Part shown: piece by piece, positions 7,762 through 12,234 of the stretch
How the letters are laid out: the number at the start of each line of letters is the position of its first letter
How positions within the stretch are numbered: position 1 is the stretch's first letter
From: Bdellovibrionales bacterium
Lineage (GTDB): Bacteria; Bdellovibrionota; Bdellovibrionia; Bdellovibrionales; JAGQZY01
Reading direction: 5' to 3'
NCBI GenBank assembly: GCA_031426555.1
Contig: JANPLN010000012.1
Coordinates: forward strand, 1-12,234
DNA: 12,234 nucleotides
Notes under the pieces: generated by a model
What the model was told of the DNA's origin: nothing
The model's database searches: none
What the model saw: only the letters and a program-made list of their open reading frames with translations
Made by a program: the position numbers and the translations under genes

Positions 7762-8417
7762 CCATGGTAAATTCTCCCACTGTCTGTGAAAAGCATTGCA
7801 TAGATTCTAACGCTCACTGGGGAACTCGTTTGATTGTTGTCACCGGTGGGCCAGGCGCGGGAAAAACTGCTGTACTCGAAATGGCAAAAAAAGTTTTGTG
7901 CCAAAACGTGGCGATCTTACCCGAAGCGGCATCGATTGTTTTTGGTGGTGGTTTTTGGAGACTTAAAAGCATATCGGCGCGAATAGCCGCGCAAAGCGCA
8001 ATATTTCATACTCAGGCTGAAATGGAAAAATTGGTGATCGGTGAGAAAAAATGGGCTGTTGGTCTCTGTGATAGAGGGACCTTGGACGGCCTTGCGTACT
8101 GGCCGGATCAAGAAGAGACTTTTTGGAAAATGAGCAACAGCACAGTCGAGCTAGAATACGCAAAGTATATTGCCGTGATCCATCTTCGGTCGCCCACAGA
8201 TCAAATGGGATATAACCAACAAAACCCCCTGCGTATCGAAACCGCCGTTGAAGCCAAATTGATTGACGATAAAATTGCGAACACTTGGGCAAGTCATCCC
8301 CATTATGAATTGATCGATAATGCCAATAATTTTTTAAACAAAGCGCAAGAAGCCATACGGCTTATTTCGAAATTTATTCCCGAGTGCTGTCAAGTAATGA
8401 AAAAATGCAGGCATTAA
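7758..8417 (+). CDS. P-loop NTPase/kinase, AAA_28 (NadR/Ttd14-like) family
   Basis: Walker A VTGGPGAGKT, LPEAA and CDRGTLDG; ATGA overlap with the nuclease gene. Confidence 0.88.
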   Translation: MTMVNSPTVCEKHCIDSNAHWGTRLIVVTGGPGAGKTAVLEMAKKVLCQNVAILPEAASIVFGGGFWRLKSISARIAAQSAIFHTQAEMEKLVIGEKKWAVGLCDRGTLDGLAYWPDQEETFWKMSNSTVELEYAKYIAVIHLRSPTDQMGYNQQNPLRIETAVEAKLIDDKIANTWASHPHYELIDNANNFLNKAQEAIRLISKFIPECCQVMKKCRH

Positions 8418-8455
8418 TTTTTGTGGCTCCGGGCAAAATGGAATTGGTCGAACAC
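8405..8455 (+). pseudogene. Probable N-terminal stump of a Zn-dependent alcohol dehydrogenase
   Basis: Translates as MQALIFVAPGKMELVEH, resembling the MDR-family start MKALVYHGPGKxxLEE. Overlaps the upstream stop as an operon gene would. Confidence 0.5.
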
Positions 8456-8476
8456 ATTGTTAAGGGAGAGTATCCG

Positions 8477-9307
8477 GTGATTATTCTTTTACTTTTAATT
8501 GCAGTAGTTTTTTTGCTTTTAGTGAAAATCATAAAGTTTAGGCAGTCGCTCCACTTTAGCAGCCTCGTAAAAAGTCTCTTCGCAAATTCAAAAATTATCG
8601 TTGGGCAAAAATTTAGTTTTGCGCAAATCCAAATATTACCATTACCTGTACAACGCTATTTTAGATTAGTTCTCAATGAAGGCCAACCCTATATCAGTAA
8701 TGCTAGAATATTGCATGACGGACGTTTCAAAGCGGATCTCAAAAAAAATTGGATGCCCATTTCAGGGAAGCAATATTTTACCACTGAAACTCCCGGTTTT
8801 ATCTGGAAGGGAGTTACTTCTTTATTCACCGCATATGACATGTTTTTTGAAGAAAAAGGGAACTTAAAGGTTTTTTTCTTGTCCATTTATAAAATCGTCG
8901 ACGGTAAAGGTCCTGAGTTTAATCAAGGTGAACTTTTAAGATGGCTTGCTGAAAGCGTTTGGTTCCCTACGAATTTATTGCCTACAGAAAAAATGATCTG
9001 GGCCGGGCTGGACGATCTTTCTGCAACCTTAACCTTCAATCATAATGCTCTAAAGCTTCAGTATAAAGTTTCTTTCAATACTTTAGGTGAAATTACTGAA
9101 TTAGAAACGCAAAGATATATGGACAAAAAGCGCCTTGAAACTTGGATCGCAAGAATCAGCGATTACAAAAGGATTAATAACATGCTTGTACCTACGAATA
9201 TTGAGGCCTTGTGGAAATTGAGCAACAAAGACTTCAGTTACGCTCAGTTCGCGGTAAAAAAAATTGAGTATGATGTTCCGAAGGAGTGGGCAAATTATGA
9301 CACGTAG
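8477..9307 (+). CDS. DUF6544-like membrane-anchored protein
   Basis: N-terminal TM helix, LPLPVQRYFR, QYFTTETPGFIW and GELLRWLAESVWFPT. The AAGGGAG SD at 8462-8468 supports GTG 8477; the frame is also open from 8405. Confidence 0.8.
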   Translation: MIILLLLIAVVFLLLVKIIKFRQSLHFSSLVKSLFANSKIIVGQKFSFAQIQILPLPVQRYFRLVLNEGQPYISNARILHDGRFKADLKKNWMPISGKQYFTTETPGFIWKGVTSLFTAYDMFFEEKGNLKVFFLSIYKIVDGKGPEFNQGELLRWLAESVWFPTNLLPTEKMIWAGLDDLSATLTFNHNALKLQYKVSFNTLGEITELETQRYMDKKRLETWIARISDYKRINNMLVPTNIEALWKLSNKDFSYAQFAVKKIEYDVPKEWANYDT

Positions 9308-10391
9308 ACAGTTTGTGCTATCCACTACCGCTGGAGCATCGCTATTACCCTCATGCTCCTCCAAGACTGCGGATAAAAATTACGAAAAAGCCGTCCATGA
9401 AACTTGGAGTAAAAGTGGATTAGTTGGTACGAGCGGTACTCAAATACTGCGTGAATTAGTGCGTTATGCAACTCTTGCCCCCTCGAGCCACAACACTCAG
9501 TGCTGGAAATTCAGCATCGGTGAAAAGGGTATTTCTATATTTCCAGATTTTCAGAGACGGTGCCCTTCTGTTGATCCAAACAACCATCATCTTTTTGTTT
9601 CGATGGGTTGCGCTGCTGAAAATTTAATTCAAGCAGCCCAGGCTTATGGATTTCAAGCTGATACAAATTTTGCTGGCAATGGAGGTGGCGAAATAAAGAT
9701 CTTATTGGAAGATGCAAAACCCGTCACATCAAATCTATTTAAGGCCATCCCTGAACGCCAAAGCACTCGTTCTGAATATGACAGTAAACCATTGTTAATC
9801 GAGGAATTAAAAAGTCTTGAAGCTGCGGCTATTGGCAAGGGCGTGAGGGTCCTAATGTTTACCGAAAAACAGAAGTTAGAACAAATTCTTGAATACGTAG
9901 TTCAAGCTAATTCAATTCAAATGAAGGATCAAACATTTATAAAAGAATTAAAGACTTGGATTCGCTTCAATAAAAGCGAAGCTGTGCAAAAAAATGATGG
10001 TCTGTTATCCATATCCGCCGGAAATCCTCAGTTGCCAACGTGGCTCGGGAAGCTCGTTTTTGATTTCGTTTTTGACCCGGAAAGTGAGAACGAGAAATAT
10101 ATTAAACAAGTGCGCAGTTCGGCCGGAATTGCTGTTTTTACCTCTGATTTTGGTGACGAAGAAAATTGGATCGAGGTCGGACGAAGCTATGAGAGATTTG
10201 CATTGCTGGCAACGTCTTTGGGTATTCGAAATGCTTTTTTGAATCAGCCGGTCGAAGTGGCCTCTTTAAAACATCAATTCGAAATGTTCCTGGGATTGGG
10301 CGGGCGAAGGGCCGATCTAATTGTTCGTTTTGGACGTGGGCGATTGATGCCAAGGTCTTTGAGGCGACCGATTGATGCAGTAATTTTTTAA
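9297..10391 (+). CDS. Acg-family FMN-binding nitroreductase-like protein with Tat (lipoprotein) signal
   Basis: MTRRQF twin-arginine motif then LPSC lipobox; LAPSSHNTQCW, IPERQSTR, NQPVEV and SLRRP; AAGGAG SD at 9281-9286. Confidence 0.9.
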   Translation: MTRRQFVLSTTAGASLLPSCSSKTADKNYEKAVHETWSKSGLVGTSGTQILRELVRYATLAPSSHNTQCWKFSIGEKGISIFPDFQRRCPSVDPNNHHLFVSMGCAAENLIQAAQAYGFQADTNFAGNGGGEIKILLEDAKPVTSNLFKAIPERQSTRSEYDSKPLLIEELKSLEAAAIGKGVRVLMFTEKQKLEQILEYVVQANSIQMKDQTFIKELKTWIRFNKSEAVQKNDGLLSISAGNPQLPTWLGKLVFDFVFDPESENEKYIKQVRSSAGIAVFTSDFGDEENWIEVGRSYERFALLATSLGIRNAFLNQPVEVASLKHQFEMFLGLGGRRADLIVRFGRGRLMPRSLRRPIDAVIF

Positions 10392-10509
10392 AGCCAAGGC
10401 TGACCACGAACTCCGCAGCGATATTACCGGTTATTTACAGCGACGCAGGGTAGCACTCCAGGCAAACACCCTTGAAGCTAGCGCACCGGGAGGGAATTTG
10501 AAGTAGAGT

Positions 10510-11109
10510 GTGTGGATGGTTCCATACGCACTGATCTACTTGGGTTCTCTTATTGTAGACTGCATCCCAATCGTGGCTCCGCCTGCTTGGACGCTGATGT
10601 TATTTATCATGATAAAATTCGATCTAAATCCATGGTTGGTGGCATTAGCAGGAACGGCGGGCACCGTATCTGGTCGCTTAATTTACACTTCGATGATTGT
10701 GCCGTGGATTGGTAAGAAAACCCTTGGGGTCGAAAAAGAATCCGACCTTAGGTTTTTAGGTGTAAAGCTTTCACAGCATGGTTGGTCGACGTTTGCGTTT
10801 GTGTTTATCTACTCCATACTTCCTCTATCGACGACCGCACTCTTCACGGCTACCGGACTTGCCAAAGTTAAGAAACTTTACATAATTCCGCCATTTTTTC
10901 TCGGCAATTTGATCGGTGATAGCGTCATTCTTCTCTCAGGAAAATATGCGGTCAATAATTTCGGCGAGGTTTACACGGGCACATTTGACCTCAAGAATAT
11001 ACTTCTTATGCTGTTTGGTCTTATTGTAATGCTACTTTTCTTTTTTATAGATTGGCTAGAAATGCTCACAAAGAAAAATCTGAAAATGAAGTGGCAATTT
11101 TGGAAATAA
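10510..11109 (+). CDS. Hypothetical integral membrane protein (possibly DedA/VTT-like)
   Basis: Multiple hydrophobic segments; IPIVAPPAW, AGTAGTVSGR, ILPLSTTALFTATG and PPFFLGNL. Start uncertain (GTG 10510 or ATG 10516). Confidence 0.8.
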   Translation: MWMVPYALIYLGSLIVDCIPIVAPPAWTLMLFIMIKFDLNPWLVALAGTAGTVSGRLIYTSMIVPWIGKKTLGVEKESDLRFLGVKLSQHGWSTFAFVFIYSILPLSTTALFTATGLAKVKKLYIIPPFFLGNLIGDSVILLSGKYAVNNFGEVYTGTFDLKNILLMLFGLIVMLLFFFIDWLEMLTKKNLKMKWQFWK

Positions 11110-11111
11110 AA

Positions 11112-11699
11112 TTAATGATTGTATGTTGCTAGTCCGACCACGTCGATTTCCATTGTCGCTATTTTATCGAAATATTGTCGTTGCTCCCTTATTGGCCACC
11201 AACCATAGAGGAGAGCCTCCATCGGGTGCCACATTGCAACCCAGCCTATTATAACTAGGCTAACACTGACGATATTGGAAATTGCAGGATCAATTCTGCT
11301 CGACCCAATAAGCTGGGCAAAGCTTAGGCAGATAATGAGTGTAATAAGCCCTACTATCGAAAAATAGCGGGCAGTCCTACGCCGTTTCCGTAGTCTTGAT
11401 TTTGCAAGCTTTGATTCATATCGAAAGTAGGCTCCGATCGCTTCCTGAATGGCAAGACTATTCTCAGGTTTGAGATCTTCACAATCAGAAGTCAGGATTC
11501 GAGTCTTCATTTTTGTTCGAAGTGGAAACTCTTCTACGGCACTGACTAAATAATTCACGAACTGTGGATCAAGATCGCGCTCTCGAAAAGGCGCAGGATC
11601 ACGTTCATTGAAAAGTTGGCGCGAGTTTTTAACGCCAACCTCGACAATGACATGCCCTTTTTCTTGCTTATATCGATTCGTATTTTGTTCACTACTCAT
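11112..11699 (-). CDS. Conserved hypothetical two-TM membrane protein
   Basis: QLFNERDPAPFRERDLDP motif, two C-terminal TM helices and GWVAMWHPME..LYGWWP. Function unknown. Confidence 0.85.
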   Translation of the reverse strand: MSSEQNTNRYKQEKGHVIVEVGVKNSRQLFNERDPAPFRERDLDPQFVNYLVSAVEEFPLRTKMKTRILTSDCEDLKPENSLAIQEAIGAYFRYESKLAKSRLRKRRRTARYFSIVGLITLIICLSFAQLIGSSRIDPAISNIVSVSLVIIGWVAMWHPMEALLYGWWPIREQRQYFDKIATMEIDVVGLATYNH

Positions 11700-11746
11700 A
11701 TTGCGACCCTAAGGCCTCGCTCGATGAGATGAATATTCATTTTCAT
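11696..11746 (-). pseudogene. 16-codon ORF, probable N-terminal stump of a DUF2892/YgaP-like membrane protein
   Basis: GGAG SD (11751-11754, minus) then MKMNIHLIERGLRVAI*; its TGA overlaps the ATG at 11699 (ATGA). Confidence 0.55.
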
Positions 11747-11819
11747 AAGTCTCCGTTTTTAAATTGTGCGCCAGCAGAGCCAATATTTTCTGATTTTAAT
11801 TTCATTTCAGCCACCCTTC

Positions 11820-11843
11820 AAACGAATTGCCGCAGATTCGTTT
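11820..11843. terminator. Hairpin downstream of the ADH gene (terminator or stabiliser)
   Basis: AAACGAAT-tgccgcag-ATTCGTTT, 5 nt past the ADH stop; no clear U-tract on the minus strand. Confidence 0.35.
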
Positions 11844-11848
11844 ATGTT

Positions 11849-12232
11849 TTAACTGTTTGTTACAATCACTTTGAGCGCACGCTCTTTCATTGCGTTGCCA
11901 AATGTTTCATAGGCTTGAATCAAATCTTTCATTTCAAAGCGATGAGTAACTAATTTCTTTGGTTGAATTTTGCCGGACATTACTGTTTTCAAGAGCATCG
12001 GAGTAGTCACTGTATCGACAAGTCGAGTTGTCAAAGTGATGTTTCTATCCCAAAGCTTATCTAAATTAAGTTGTACAGGTTTACCGTGAACGCCAATGTT
12101 TGCAATATGACCTCCAGCGGAAACTATGGACTGACAGACATCAAAACTGACTGGAATACCAATTGCTTCGATTGCAACGTCCACACCTACTTGCTGAGTC
12201 ATCGCCATAACTTTTTCAACTGCTTTACCATC
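11849..12232 (-). CDS. Zinc-dependent alcohol dehydrogenase (MDR family), C-terminal part, 5'-partial
   Basis: GVDVAIEAIG, GGHIANIGVHGK, LWDRNIT, LVTHRF and ALKVIV; frame open to the window edge. Confidence 0.93.
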   Translation of the reverse strand, partial: DGKAVEKVMAMTQQVGVDVAIEAIGIPVSFDVCQSIVSAGGHIANIGVHGKPVQLNLDKLWDRNITLTTRLVDTVTTPMLLKTVMSGKIQPKKLVTHRFEMKDLIQAYETFGNAMKERALKVIVTNS

Positions 12233-12234
12233 AA

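Larger units (their letters stand above)
4548..12234. mobile_element. Putative decayed genomic island integrated at tRNA-Met (right end not in window)
   Basis: tRNA 3' end followed by an integrase remnant, accessory cargo that looks more AT-rich by eye, and several gene stumps. No second att copy was seen in the window. Confidence 0.5.

Noticed and set aside
161..10715. Numerous short ORFs nested in or antisense to the main genes
   Set aside because: Shadow frames of well-supported CDSs with no motifs or initiation signals.
11729..11953. 74-aa plus-strand ORF and the ATGAATATTCAT palindrome at its start
   Set aside because: Antisense to the ADH 3' end with no motif; the palindrome is AT-rich and falls in the small minus-strand ORF, so chance is sufficient.
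1..12234. CRISPR array, IS element or att direct repeat
   Set aside because: No regularly spaced repeats, transposase, terminal inverted repeats or second copy of the tRNA 3' end were seen by eye.

Overview
Bacterial genomic window; the gene content is suggestive of a Bdellovibrionota-like organism (inference only). It has two parts. Left (1-4390) looks like core genome: a 5'-truncated 67-kDa-type signal peptide peptidase sppA, a secreted hypothetical protein, an EEP-family nuclease lipoprotein, cytidine deaminase and a lysophospholipase-like alpha/beta hydrolase. An elongator tRNA-Met(CAT) follows at 4471-4547. Just downstream is an unannotated, frameshifted C-terminal remnant of a tyrosine recombinase (4626-4808, minus strand), which suggests that the rest of the window is a decayed tRNA-integrated island. 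The island cargo resembles a stress/low-oxygen module: cbpA-cbpM, a beta-CASP metallo-beta-lactamase nuclease translationally coupled to a Cys-bracketed P-loop NTPase, a DUF6544-like protein, a Tat-lipoprotein Acg-type nitroreductase, two membrane proteins and the 3' end of a Zn-dependent alcohol dehydrogenase. Short gene stumps at the junctions (an ADH-like N-terminus at 8405 and a DUF2892-like N-terminus at 11746) point to rearrangement, possibly an inversion that split the ADH gene.
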